Counted from the first letter of the stretch, positions 9,957-19,453 are shown. The stretch: DNA of 64,000 nucleotides from an uncultured Solirubrobacteraceae bacterium (GCA_964588985.1 CAZPQW010000006.1:64001-128000), one strand, 5' to 3'. Notes: generated from the sequence alone by a model not told the origin. Made by a program: numbers and translations.

Positions 9957-12209
9957 ATGGGGGCGACGACACCGCTGAGACAGCCGGCGCAACCGGGCGG
10001 TGAAACCGAGCGCGTGCGACCGCCCGCGCGAGCGTTCGCATCGACGGATGGGCTGACACGCCAGGAACTGATCGACGCGCCGGTCGGTTGGCCTCGGCCC
10101 TCGCGTCTGCTGACGGCGCTCGAGCCTCCGGCGAAGAAGATGGCGGCGGGGATGCGCGCGCTGGGGCTGCTGACGGTCGGCGACCTGCTCGAGCACCTGC
10201 CGAGCGACAGCCGCGAGGCGCGGACGGTCGGCGCGCTGCGCGCCGGCGAGCAGGCGACTGTGGCTGTGCAGGTGCGGACGATCTCCGCGCGCAGCGTGCG
10301 CAGCCGGCGGATGCGCCCGCTGGTCGAGGCGACGGTGTTCGACGCGACCGCGACGATGCGCGCGACGTTCTTCAACCAGCCGTGGCTGGTCGAGCGCTAC
10401 CCGCCTGGGACGCGGCTGATGCTGCACGGCAAGGCGGATGGGCGCGGCGGCTTTGGCGTCTCACACCACGCGCTCGCCGGGGAGGCCGACGGCGCTGGGG
10501 AGCCTGGCGACGAGCGGATCGAGGGCGACGCGGTCGCGCACTACCCGGCGGCCGAGGGCGTCACCTCGACGCAGATCCTCACGCTCGTGCGTGGCGCGAG
10601 GAGGGCACTCGCAGACGTGGTCGAGGCGCTGCCCGCCGCGGCGCGCGTAGCCGACGGGCTGCCGGATCGCCCGACGGCGCTCGCGGCGATGCACTTCGCG
10701 CGCGCGCCGCAGGAGGCCGAGGCGGGCAGACAGCGCCTCGCCTACGAGGAGCTGCTGCTCACCCAGCTGCTGTTCCTGCGCCGACGCGCGATCCGCGCCG
10801 CGCGCACCGGCGCGCACGTGCTCGATCAGCAGGCGACGCTCAGCGAGCGCTGGCTGCGCGAGTGCCTGCCGTTCGCGCTCACCGGCGATCAGCGCGCGGC
10901 GATCGACGCGATCTCGGAGGACCTGACGCGGGAGGCGGCGATGCAGCGGCTGCTGATGGGGGAGGTCGGCAGCGGCAAGACGGTGGTGGCGCTTCACGCG
11001 ATGCTGCGCGCGGTCGAGCACGGCCGCCAGGCGGCGCTGATGGCGCCGACGGAGACGCTCGCGGAGCAGCACTTCGCGACGATCCAGCGGCTGCTGGGGG
11101 CGGAGTCGGTGACGGCGGCGCTGCTGAGCGGCTCGACGCCGGCGCGCCGGCGCGCGGACACCCTGGCGAAGCTCTCCAGCGGCGAGCTGTCGCTGATCGT
11201 TGGCACGCACGCGCTGATCGAGCCCGACGTGGAGTTCCGCGAGCTGGCGGTCGTGGTGATCGACGAGCAGCACCGCTTCGGCGTGCGCCAGCGCGCGGCC
11301 CTCGAAGAGCGCGAACCGGCGCACCCGCCGCACACGCTGCACATGACCGCGACGCCGATCCCGCGCACGCTCGCGCTGGCCCGCTACGGCGACCTCGACA
11401 CGACCGCGCTGCACGAGCTGCCGCAGGGCCGCCAGCCGGTCGATACGCGCCTCGTGAGCGGCGAGTCCGAGCGCGCGAGCGCATATGAGCACCTTCGTGC
11501 GCAGCTGAAGGCGGGCCGGCAGGCGTTCGTGGTGTGCCCGCTGATCGAGGAGCCCGAGCCGCTCGCGGCTGGTGACGGCACACCCGCCGGTGGCGGCGAC
11601 GCGTCCCGGGTCGGGCTTCGCGCGGCGACCGCCGAGCTGGCGCGGCTGCGCGACGGTGAGCTGAAGGGCTTCGAGCTGGCGCTGCTGCACGGCGGGATGC
11701 GCCCGCGCGAGAAGCAGGAGGCGATGGCGGCGTTCGCGTCGGGCAGCGCGGACGTGCTCGTGGCGACGACGGTGATCGAGGTGGGGATCGACGTGCCGAA
11801 CGCGACGGTGATGCTGATCGAGAACGCGGAGCGCTTCGGGATCTCACAGCTGCACCAGCTGCGCGGGCGCGTCGGGCGCGGCGAGCACCGCTCGAGCTGC
11901 TTCCTCGTGGGGCCGCCGACGCCGCGGCTGCGGGCGCTGGCGGAGCACACGGACGGCTTTCGCCTGGCGGAGATCGATCTCGAGCTGCGCAGCGAGGGCG
12001 AGCTGACGGGCACCCGCCAATCCGGGTTTGGGCACTTCCGCGTGGCGTGCATGCCCGACGACACGCCGCTGCTCGAGCTCGCGCGCGAGCGGGCGCAGGC
12101 GATCTTTGCCGCCGACCCGGAGCTGCGCTCGCCGGAGCACGCGCTGCTCGCGACGGCGCTCGAGCAGATGCTCGGTGGTGAGGAGTCGCTGCAGCCGATC
12201 CCGGCTTGA
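9957..12209 (+). CDS. recG: ATP-dependent DNA helicase RecG
   Basis: FFNQPW, GEVGSGKT, IDEQHRFGVRQR, MTATPIPRTLA, QLHQLRGRVGRG. Confidence 0.96.
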   Translation: MGATTPLRQPAQPGGETERVRPPARAFASTDGLTRQELIDAPVGWPRPSRLLTALEPPAKKMAAGMRALGLLTVGDLLEHLPSDSREARTVGALRAGEQATVAVQVRTISARSVRSRRMRPLVEATVFDATATMRATFFNQPWLVERYPPGTRLMLHGKADGRGGFGVSHHALAGEADGAGEPGDERIEGDAVAHYPAAEGVTSTQILTLVRGARRALADVVEALPAAARVADGLPDRPTALAAMHFARAPQEAEAGRQRLAYEELLLTQLLFLRRRAIRAARTGAHVLDQQATLSERWLRECLPFALTGDQRAAIDAISEDLTREAAMQRLLMGEVGSGKTVVALHAMLRAVEHGRQAALMAPTETLAEQHFATIQRLLGAESVTAALLSGSTPARRRADTLAKLSSGELSLIVGTHALIEPDVEFRELAVVVIDEQHRFGVRQRAALEEREPAHPPHTLHMTATPIPRTLALARYGDLDTTALHELPQGRQPVDTRLVSGESERASAYEHLRAQLKAGRQAFVVCPLIEEPEPLAAGDGTPAGGGDASRVGLRAATAELARLRDGELKGFELALLHGGMRPREKQEAMAAFASGSADVLVATTVIEVGIDVPNATVMLIENAERFGISQLHQLRGRVGRGEHRSSCFLVGPPTPRLRALAEHTDGFRLAEIDLELRSEGELTGTRQSGFGHFRVACMPDDTPLLELARERAQAIFAADPELRSPEHALLATALEQMLGGEESLQPIPA

Positions 12210-12341
12210 AATTGCGCCGGGGTTCCTGCTTACGACCGCTCGTTGTGGCGGTGGGGCGCCGTCGAGCCGAGCTACGGGTAGGATCTCGGAGTGGCCCATG
12301 AAGTTGGTCCCACCCTCGCTCAGAACCTCCGAGCGTCCTGG

Positions 12342-12362
12342 TACAGTCGAACGTATGTTCGT
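12342..12362 (+). promoter_or_regulatory. -10 element (TACAGT) and LexA-type SOS box TCGAAC-GTAT-GTTCGT overlapping the dprA-like start
   Basis: TCGAACGTATGTTCGT at 12347-12362 matches the Gram-positive/actinobacterial consensus CGAAC-N4-GTTCG. Confidence 0.75.
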
Positions 12363-13284
12363 AATGACTAGTCAGGATCGAGAGCACGCGGCCGTCCTCG
12401 CCCTCACGGAGGCATCCTCCGTCGCTTGGTATCAGGTCGCAGACATCATCGAGCAGGCCGGGAGCGCGCTAGCCGTCGCCAGTGGCGAATATGCGCTCAC
12501 CACCGAGGAGCCCCAGGCGATAGTCGCTCGCCAGCTAGCTGAGCGCGTCACCGAGAAGGCCATCGATCACTGGCTGGAGATGATCGAGAAAACAATCGAC
12601 TCATGCCCCGGGACACGGCTGATCAGCGTCCTTGACGATGAGTACCCGCACAACCTGCGCCGCGTCTATAACCGCCCGCCGTTCCTGTTCGTCAGAGGAA
12701 CCCTGTGTGAGCAGGACTCTCGATCCGTCGCGATCGTCGGAACTCGCAACGCCTCAGACGCGGGCCGGACCCTCGCGCGCAACATGGCCGCTGCGCTCGC
12801 TGAGCGTGGCGTGACCGTCATCTCCGGTATGGCCGCTGGAATCGATACCGAGGCTCACACAGCGGCGCTTTCCTCCGGTGGGCGTACGATCGCTGTGATG
12901 GGCACCGGGATAGATCGTGTTTATCCCGCCGGGAACGCGCACTTGTCCGAGCAGATCACCGAGAATGGCGCGCTCCTCTCACAGTTCTGGCCGGGCTCGC
13001 CGCCACGCGGCAGCAATTTCCCGCTGCGGAATGTCGTCACCAGCGGAGTCGCGGTCGGGACGATCGTGATTGAGGCAAGCTCCACCAGCGGGGCCAAGAT
13101 GCAGGCTCGCCTGGCATTGGAGCACGGCAAGCAACTGTTCCTCGTCGAGAGCCTGGTCCTGCAAGAGGAGTGGGCGCAGCAGTACAGGAGCCGCCGTGGA
13201 GCGCATGTCGTAGGAGGCGTCGAGGACATCGTGGCGGCGCTTGAAGCTGAGCACGAGCCGGTCACAGAGCTACAGCTCTTCTAG
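12355..13284 (+). CDS. dprA: DprA/SMF (SLOG fold) protein lacking the C-terminal winged helix
   Basis: DDEYPHNL...PPFLFVRG, VAIVGTR, ISGMAAGIDTEAH, GTGIDRVYP, FPLRN, IEASSTSGA; start at ATG 12355 or 12364. Confidence 0.85.
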   Translation: MFVMTSQDREHAAVLALTEASSVAWYQVADIIEQAGSALAVASGEYALTTEEPQAIVARQLAERVTEKAIDHWLEMIEKTIDSCPGTRLISVLDDEYPHNLRRVYNRPPFLFVRGTLCEQDSRSVAIVGTRNASDAGRTLARNMAAALAERGVTVISGMAAGIDTEAHTAALSSGGRTIAVMGTGIDRVYPAGNAHLSEQITENGALLSQFWPGSPPRGSNFPLRNVVTSGVAVGTIVIEASSTSGAKMQARLALEHGKQLFLVESLVLQEEWAQQYRSRRGAHVVGGVEDIVAALEAEHEPVTELQLF

Positions 13285-13295
13285 GACTCCGGCCT

Positions 13296-14033
13296 GTGGC
13301 GAGCGTTCGTGACTATGCGCGACCACTCGCCTCTATCTGCCGGACAGTTCCGATTGCGGCGGAGGGTGTCTGCGATCGTTGCCACGGCTGCCCGAACCCT
13401 GGATGGTCGACATGCTGGAGCTGCTCGCAGGTCGAGGGACAGCTCTCCGCACCTTGCCCGCTCATCGTGCCGATCAGCTTGTACGAGGTAGGGCATCAGC
13501 TCCATCACCAGCTTCGCAACTACAAGGCCGCGTCATCAGACATGTCATGGAACTTCCTCGTCAAGACCGCAGCTATTCTCGGCTACTTCTTGCAGCTGCA
13601 TTCCGTGTGTATCGCTGCTGCAGCGGGCGGTCCGTGGGATCTGATCACCTCGGTCCCGTCCTCGGCCGGCCGTGAAGGTGAGCACCCCCTGATGCGGGCC
13701 ATAAAGCTGCTTCCCGACATCCGCGATGAATATGAGCTGCTGCTGAAGCGCGGCGAGGGCGAGATCACGCATACCGTCGCAAGCGATAAGGGCTTCAAGG
13801 CGCTCAGGCGTCTGGACGGCGAGCGGATCCTGCTGATCGACGACACGCTCACATCCGGCGCGCGAGCGCAGAGCGCGGCGTCCGCTCTCAGCAACGCGGG
13901 CGCGACGGTTGCTGCGATCCTGCCGATCGGTCGGGTGATCACGCCCAGCTTTGGCCCGCACGTCGAGGCGTACTGGAAGAAGCAGGGCGTGAGCGTCTTC
14001 GACTTCAACTTCTGCTGCATCGGCGATCACTGA
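13296..14033 (+). CDS. ComF-like phosphoribosyltransferase with N-terminal double zinc ribbon
   Basis: CDRC...CWSC zinc ribbon; PRPP-binding loop ILLIDDTLTSGARA. Confidence 0.8.
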   Translation: MASVRDYARPLASICRTVPIAAEGVCDRCHGCPNPGWSTCWSCSQVEGQLSAPCPLIVPISLYEVGHQLHHQLRNYKAASSDMSWNFLVKTAAILGYFLQLHSVCIAAAAGGPWDLITSVPSSAGREGEHPLMRAIKLLPDIRDEYELLLKRGEGEITHTVASDKGFKALRRLDGERILLIDDTLTSGARAQSAASALSNAGATVAAILPIGRVITPSFGPHVEAYWKKQGVSVFDFNFCCIGDH

Positions 14034-14044
14034 GGGTTGTTTGC

Positions 14045-14587
14045 GTGCGTGTGATCGCGGGAACCCTCGGGGGGAGGCGCTTGAAGGCTCCTCAGGGTCG
14101 GTTCACGCGACCGACCTCAGACCGCGTGAAGGAGGCGCTGTTCTCGATGCTCGGCCCGCTGGAGGGAGCGACGGTGCTCGACCTGTTCGCGGGCACCGGG
14201 GCGCTCGGGATCGAGGCGCTCTCCCGAGGCGCGGAGCGGGCGGTGTTCGTGGAGCGCGACCCGCGCGCGATGCACGTCCTGCAGGACAACCTCGCCGCGC
14301 TCGACCTGGCGCCGCCGCGGGCGCAGACCCACTGCGCGGACGTGCTCGCGACGCTGCGGAGCGCACGCGGACGCGAAGAGACATACGATCTTCTCCTCAT
14401 CGACCCTCCCTACGCGCAGGCCGAGGAGGCGGGCGCGGAGCTGTCGGCGGCGCTGCCGCCGGTGCTCGGGCCGGGAGCGCGCATAGTCGTGGAGAGCGAC
14501 CGACGCGCGCCGATGGAGCTTGGGCTCGATATCGAGACGCAGAGACGCTACGGCGACACGTTGATCACAATCCACCGGCACACATGA
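14045..14587 (+). CDS. rsmD: 16S rRNA m2G966 methyltransferase
   Basis: MRVIAG, RPTSDRVKEALF, LDLFAGTGALGIEALSRGA, DPPY. Confidence 0.95.
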   Translation: MRVIAGTLGGRRLKAPQGRFTRPTSDRVKEALFSMLGPLEGATVLDLFAGTGALGIEALSRGAERAVFVERDPRAMHVLQDNLAALDLAPPRAQTHCADVLATLRSARGREETYDLLLIDPPYAQAEEAGAELSAALPPVLGPGARIVVESDRRAPMELGLDIETQRRYGDTLITIHRHT

Positions 14588-15084
14588 CCAGACCAGACAA
14601 GGCCATCGCCGTATGCCCGGGCAGCTACGACCCGATCACGAACGGGCACCTGGACGTGATCCGCCGCGCGGCGAACCTGTACGACGAAGTGGTCGTGGCG
14701 GTGGTGAACCGCTCGGTGCGCAAGAGCAGCGCGCTGTTCGGGATCGAGGATCGCGTGGGGTTCATCGAGCGCGCGCTCGCGGACCTGGACACGGTGCGCG
14801 TGGAGCCGTTCTCGACGCTGGTGGTGGACTTCGCGCGCGCGGTCGGCGCGACCGCGATCGTGAAGGGCCTGCGCGCGATATCGGACTTCGAGTACGAGCT
14901 GGAGATGAACCAGCTCAACCGCCGCGAGGCCCCGGAGATCGAGTCCGTGTACCTGATGGCCTCTCCGCAGTACAGTTTCCTGTCATCGAGCGGAGTGAAG
15001 GAGCTCGCGACGTTCGGCGGGCGAATCGACGATCTTGTCCCCGACGAGGTGGTCGGCCGCTTGCAGGAAGAGTTGACGCGTTGA
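14584..15084 (+). CDS. coaD: Phosphopantetheine adenylyltransferase
   Basis: PGSYDPITNGHLDVI, KGLRAISDFEYE, SSSGVKE; ATGA overlap with rsmD. Confidence 0.96.
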   Translation: MTRPDKAIAVCPGSYDPITNGHLDVIRRAANLYDEVVVAVVNRSVRKSSALFGIEDRVGFIERALADLDTVRVEPFSTLVVDFARAVGATAIVKGLRAISDFEYELEMNQLNRREAPEIESVYLMASPQYSFLSSSGVKELATFGGRIDDLVPDEVVGRLQEELTR

Positions 15085-15139
15085 CGAAATTCACGGTGAG
15101 GAAGTGGGGCGGGAAGCCCTGCAGAGGTGAGCGATAACG

Positions 15140-15604
15140 ATGGATGTCCTGGTTCTCATAGACAAGCTCGACGACTTGGTGCACAACGCCAAGACGATTC
15201 CCCTGAGCGACTCCGTGCGGGTCGACAAGGAGGAGATCTACGACATCCTCGACCAGATGCGCGCGACGATCCCCGAGGAGATCAAGCAGGCGCGGTGGAT
15301 CGTGAAGGAGCGTCAGGAGATGCTCGCGGAGGCCAAGAAGGAGGCCGAGCGGATCATCAAGGACGCGCGCGAGCGCCAGGAGCGCCTCGTGGGTGAGGAG
15401 GAGGTCACGAAGCAGGCCGAGCGTGCGGCGGAGGACATCGTCGAGGACGCCCGTGCCCGCGAGCGCGAGATTCGTCTCGGCGCCGAGGACTACGCGGATG
15501 AGATCCTGAACACGCTCGAGGTGAACCTGTCGAAGTTCATCGCGGCGGTGCAGCGTGGCCGCGAGCGGCTGCAGGGCAAGGACGAGCCCGCCGAAGTCAG
15601 CTAG
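15140..15604 (+). CDS. DivIVA/SepIVA-like coiled-coil protein
   Basis: LDQMRATIPEEIKQARWIVKERQEMLAEAKKEAERII coiled coil; conserved position after coaD. Confidence 0.75.
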   Translation: MDVLVLIDKLDDLVHNAKTIPLSDSVRVDKEEIYDILDQMRATIPEEIKQARWIVKERQEMLAEAKKEAERIIKDARERQERLVGEEEVTKQAERAAEDIVEDARAREREIRLGAEDYADEILNTLEVNLSKFIAAVQRGRERLQGKDEPAEVS

Positions 15605-15627
15605 CGCTCACCCGGTTTTCTCCGCTT

Positions 15628-17268
15628 TTGAGTAGGGTCAACCTCGTGGACGCGCAACGTGTCAAGTACAAGCTTTCGGTAGCCAAGACGCTGCTGGATA
15701 CGGGAATGCTCGCGCCGACGCGGCCGGACAAGGCGGTCCGCTCGATCGGCGCGCTGAAGCGCTGGGGGCCGACCCCCGCGGCCGCGTACCTGGGCTCGGC
15801 GATCCGCTACCCGGACCGCGCGGCGATCGTGGACGAGCGCGGAACCCTCACTTTCGCCGAGATGCACAGGCGCACGAACGCGCTGGCACACGAGCTGCGC
15901 AGGGCGGGGATCGGCGAGCAGGACGGGGTGGCGATCATGTGCCGCAACCACCGCGGGTTCATCGACGTGACGATCGCGTGCTCGAAGCTCGGCGCGAGCG
16001 CGCTGTACCTGAACACGGCGTTCGCCGGCCCGCAGATCGCGGACGTGCTCGCACGCGAGGACCCGGTGGCGGTCGTCTACGACGAGGAGTTCGCGGATCT
16101 GATCGACGCGGGGGCCGCTGGTAGGAAACGATTCGTCGCGTGGAGCGAGCCCTCCTCGCGCCCCTCGGACCCCTTGCTGGAGGACCTGATCGCGGCGGGC
16201 GATGAGTCGGATCTGAAGCCGCCGGCGGAGAAAGGCCGGGTGGTGATCCTGACGTCGGGGACGACCGGGACGCCGAAGGGGGCGGCGCGCAAGCAGCCCG
16301 ACTCGCTGGAGCCGGTGGCGGCGCTGTTCTCGAAGATCCCGCTGCGCGCGCGCGAGGTGACGATGGTGGCGGCGCCGATGTTCCACTCGTGGGGGTTCGC
16401 GCACTTCACGCTCGGCCTGCCGCTGTCCTCGACGATCGTGCTGCGGCGCAGGTTCGACCCGGAGGACACGCTGCGCGCGATGGCCCACCACCGCGCGACG
16501 GCGCTGGCGGTTGTGCCGGTGATGCTGCAGCGGATCCTCGACCTTGGCCCGGAGACGATCGCGCGCTATGACCTGCGCGCGCTGAAGATCATCGCGGTGA
16601 GCGGCTCGGCGCTGCCGGGCGAGCTGGCGACGCGCGCGATGGACGCGTTCGGCGAGGTGCTCTACAACCTCTACGGCTCGACGGAGGTGGCGTGGGCGAC
16701 GATCGCGACTCCCGAGGACCTGCGCGCGGCTCCCGGCACCGCCGGCCGGCCTCCGCTGGGGACGGTGGTGAAGCTGCTCGACGCCGAGGGCCGCGAGGTC
16801 GGTCCGGGCGAGGGCGGGCGGATCTTCGTTGCGAACGAGATGATGTTCGAGGGCTACACGGGCGGCGGCGGCAAGGAGATCATCGGCGGCCTGATGAGCA
16901 CCGGCGACGTGGGGCACCTCGACGCGGGCGGGCGCCTGTTCGTGGACGGCCGCGACGACGAAATGATCGTCTCTGGAGGCGAGAACGTGTTCCCGCGCGA
17001 GGTGGAGGACCTGCTCGCCGACCACGGCGAGATCGAGGAGGCGGCGGTGGTGGGTGTGGTCGACCAGGAGTTCGGCCAGCGCCTGCGTGCGTTCGTGGTG
17101 GCGCGCAACGGGACGGTGCTGACCGAGGAAGAGGTGAAGTCTTACGTGAAGCAGAACCTCGCGCGCTTCAAGGTCCCGCGCGAGGTGGTGTTCCTGGAGG
17201 AGCTGCCGCGCAACGCGACAGGCAAGGTCCTCAAGCGGGAGCTGCAGGGCGAACCCGCCGAGCAGTAG
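15628..17268 (+). CDS. Acyl-CoA synthetase (AMP-binding, FadD-like)
   Basis: LTSGTTGTPKG, YGSTE, TGDVG, GRDDEMIVSGGENV, LPRNATGKV. Start may be GTG 15646. Confidence 0.92.
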   Translation: MSRVNLVDAQRVKYKLSVAKTLLDTGMLAPTRPDKAVRSIGALKRWGPTPAAAYLGSAIRYPDRAAIVDERGTLTFAEMHRRTNALAHELRRAGIGEQDGVAIMCRNHRGFIDVTIACSKLGASALYLNTAFAGPQIADVLAREDPVAVVYDEEFADLIDAGAAGRKRFVAWSEPSSRPSDPLLEDLIAAGDESDLKPPAEKGRVVILTSGTTGTPKGAARKQPDSLEPVAALFSKIPLRAREVTMVAAPMFHSWGFAHFTLGLPLSSTIVLRRRFDPEDTLRAMAHHRATALAVVPVMLQRILDLGPETIARYDLRALKIIAVSGSALPGELATRAMDAFGEVLYNLYGSTEVAWATIATPEDLRAAPGTAGRPPLGTVVKLLDAEGREVGPGEGGRIFVANEMMFEGYTGGGGKEIIGGLMSTGDVGHLDAGGRLFVDGRDDEMIVSGGENVFPREVEDLLADHGEIEEAAVVGVVDQEFGQRLRAFVVARNGTVLTEEEVKSYVKQNLARFKVPREVVFLEELPRNATGKVLKRELQGEPAEQ

Positions 17269-17306
17269 CGAGAGCCCGCTCCGGGCTCGCTAGCCTGGGC
17301 AGCGCG

Positions 17307-17822
17307 ATGGCACCCAGGGCTCACGACTTCGACCTAGCCGGCCTGCGTCTCACCGCGGGTGAGGGCCGCAAGCTCACGCTGGAGGTGCCGATCGAGCCGT
17401 TGACGCTCGGCAGCGAGTCCTACGAGGCCGAGCCGTCAGTTGTCCCGGTCGAGCTGAACGTCTCGCGGATGGTGGGCGGCGGCTACGCGCTGCATATCCG
17501 CTTCGCGGCGAACGTGCACGGCCCGTGCATGCGCTGCCTGAAGGACGCTCGCCCGCGCATGGAGGTGGACGCGCGCGAGGTCGACCGGCCTGGATCCGGC
17601 GAGGAGCTCGACAGCCCGTACGTGAACGAGGAGGTTCTCGACCTCGCGGGCTGGGTGCGCGACGCGTTCGCGCTGGCGATGCCGGCGAAGATCCTGTGCC
17701 GCGAGGACTGCGCGGGACTGTGCCCGGTGTGCGCTGTGGACCTCAACGAAGCCGGCCCCGAGCACCATCACCAGTCGGCGCCGGATCCACGCTGGGCGAA
17801 GCTCCGGGAGCTGGAGTTGTAG
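17307..17822 (+). CDS. YceD/DUF177 family protein
   Basis: CMRCL and LCREDCAGLCPVC...DPRWAKL motifs; upstream of rpmF. Confidence 0.9.
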   Translation: MAPRAHDFDLAGLRLTAGEGRKLTLEVPIEPLTLGSESYEAEPSVVPVELNVSRMVGGGYALHIRFAANVHGPCMRCLKDARPRMEVDAREVDRPGSGEELDSPYVNEEVLDLAGWVRDAFALAMPAKILCREDCAGLCPVCAVDLNEAGPEHHHQSAPDPRWAKLRELEL

Positions 17823-17879
17823 TTATAGATTCGCTGCCACACCGGTGTGTGGCGCCACACTGCTAGCCTTCCGTCTTCG

Positions 17880-18089
17880 ATGGCCGTCCCCAAGAAAAAG
17901 CAATCGCACGCGCGCACCGCCCAGCGGCGCGCGCAGCACAAGATCGGCACGCCGTCGTTGAACGCGTGCCCGACGTGCCACAGCCCGCGCAGACCCCACC
18001 GTGTGTGCGGCGTGTGCGGCACGTATGCGGGCCGTGAGATCGTGACGCAGGGCGTGCACGAGCACGACCACGATCACGATCACGACTAG
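17880..18089 (+). CDS. rpmF: 50S ribosomal protein L32 (zinc-binding type) with His/Asp tail
   Basis: MAVPKKKQSHAR...CPTC...HRVCGVCGTY. Confidence 0.96.
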   Translation: MAVPKKKQSHARTAQRRAQHKIGTPSLNACPTCHSPRRPHRVCGVCGTYAGREIVTQGVHEHDHDHDHD

Positions 18090-18095
18090 AGGGCA

Positions 18096-19184
18096 GTGAC
18101 GCCAGAGGTCTCGACCTCCTCGGCACCCTCCGTCGCGGCAGACGTGCGCTCGCCGGTGGTCGCGGTCGACTGCAACGGCGCCGATCTCGGCCCCGCGGAG
18201 GTGGCGGCGGGAGCGGCTCTGGCCGCGAGTCAGGGCGCGCGCGTGATCCTGTTCGGGCCGGCCGCGGAGTTGGGTGAGATGCCCGCTTGCGTGGAGGTGG
18301 TGGACGCGCCGGTGTCGATCGCGAAGGCGCAGGACCCGGTGAGCGCGGCTCGCGCGACGCCGGACGCGTCGATCGTGATGGCGGCGCGCGCGGTCGCGGA
18401 GGACCGGGCGCAGGCGCTGGTGTGCGCGGGCGGGACGGGGGCGGCGCTCGCGGCGGGGACGTTCAACATCAAGCGCGCGCGCGGCATCTACCGTCCGGCG
18501 CTCGCGATCCCGCTGCCCGTGCCCCACCATCCGGTGACACTGCTGGACGTGGGCGCGAACGCGGAGGCCAGGCGCGAGCACCTGGTGCAGTTCGCGTTCA
18601 TGGGCGCGGCGCTCGCGCGGACGGTGCTCGGCGTGGAGCGCCCGCGCGTGGGATTGCTATCGAACGGCGAGGAGGCGGCGCGCGGCAGCACGCTGGTGCT
18701 GGAGGCGCACGCGGAGCTCTCCGCGCAGGACGGCGCGGCGTTCGAGTTCGTCGGCAACGTGGAGGGCGGCGACGTGATGGCGGGCGTGGCGGATGTGATC
18801 GTGACCGACGGCCTGACGGGCAACATCGCGCTGAAGCTGATGGAGGCGGTCTCTCAGACGATGCTCGGCGCGGTGCGCGAGGCAGCGATGTCGTCAACGC
18901 GCGCGAAGCTCGGCGGGATGCTGCTGCGCCCGGCGCTGCGCGGCTTTCGCGACGAGATCGACCCGGAAGCGAACGGCGGCGCGTACCTGCTAGGCCTGCG
19001 CAGGCTCGGGGTCGTGCCGCACGGGCGCTTCACGCGCGTCGGCTTCGCCCAGGCGATCCTGCGCGCGCAGCGCGGCGCGGCCGAGGACATCGTCGGGCAG
19101 ACCCACCGAGCGCTCGAGGAGGCGGGAGCGCTGCGCCGGGCGCCGGTGTCCGCGCCGGACGCTAGCCTGCCGCGCACAGGATGA
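18096..19184 (+). CDS. plsX: Phosphate acyltransferase
   Basis: VAVDCNGAD, RPALA, LLDVGAN, GLLSNGEE, FVGNVEG, VTDGLTGNIALK. Confidence 0.93.
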   Translation: MTPEVSTSSAPSVAADVRSPVVAVDCNGADLGPAEVAAGAALAASQGARVILFGPAAELGEMPACVEVVDAPVSIAKAQDPVSAARATPDASIVMAARAVAEDRAQALVCAGGTGAALAAGTFNIKRARGIYRPALAIPLPVPHHPVTLLDVGANAEARREHLVQFAFMGAALARTVLGVERPRVGLLSNGEEAARGSTLVLEAHAELSAQDGAAFEFVGNVEGGDVMAGVADVIVTDGLTGNIALKLMEAVSQTMLGAVREAAMSSTRAKLGGMLLRPALRGFRDEIDPEANGGAYLLGLRRLGVVPHGRFTRVGFAQAILRAQRGAAEDIVGQTHRALEEAGALRRAPVSAPDASLPRTG

Positions 19185-19453
19185 CCCAGGCACCCTCTCG
19201 CGAGCAGATATTCGCGCTCATCCAGGCCCACTTGGCGGACGAGCTCGACATCGATCAGGACAAGATCGACCCCGGCACCCGCTTCAAGGAGGACCTCGAG
19301 GCGGACTCGCTGGACCTCTACACGCTCGTGCAGGAGCTCGAGGACACCTACGGCGTGAGCATGTCCGACGAGCAGGCCGCGAAGATCCTGACCGTCGAGC
19401 AGGCGGTGGATTTCGTGATGACGCACGCGGGGACCACAGATGCGGGGCGATGA
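19181..19453 (+). CDS. acpP: Acyl carrier protein
   Basis: DLEADSLD phosphopantetheine attachment motif. Confidence 0.95.
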   Translation: MTQAPSREQIFALIQAHLADELDIDQDKIDPGTRFKEDLEADSLDLYTLVQELEDTYGVSMSDEQAAKILTVEQAVDFVMTHAGTTDAGR

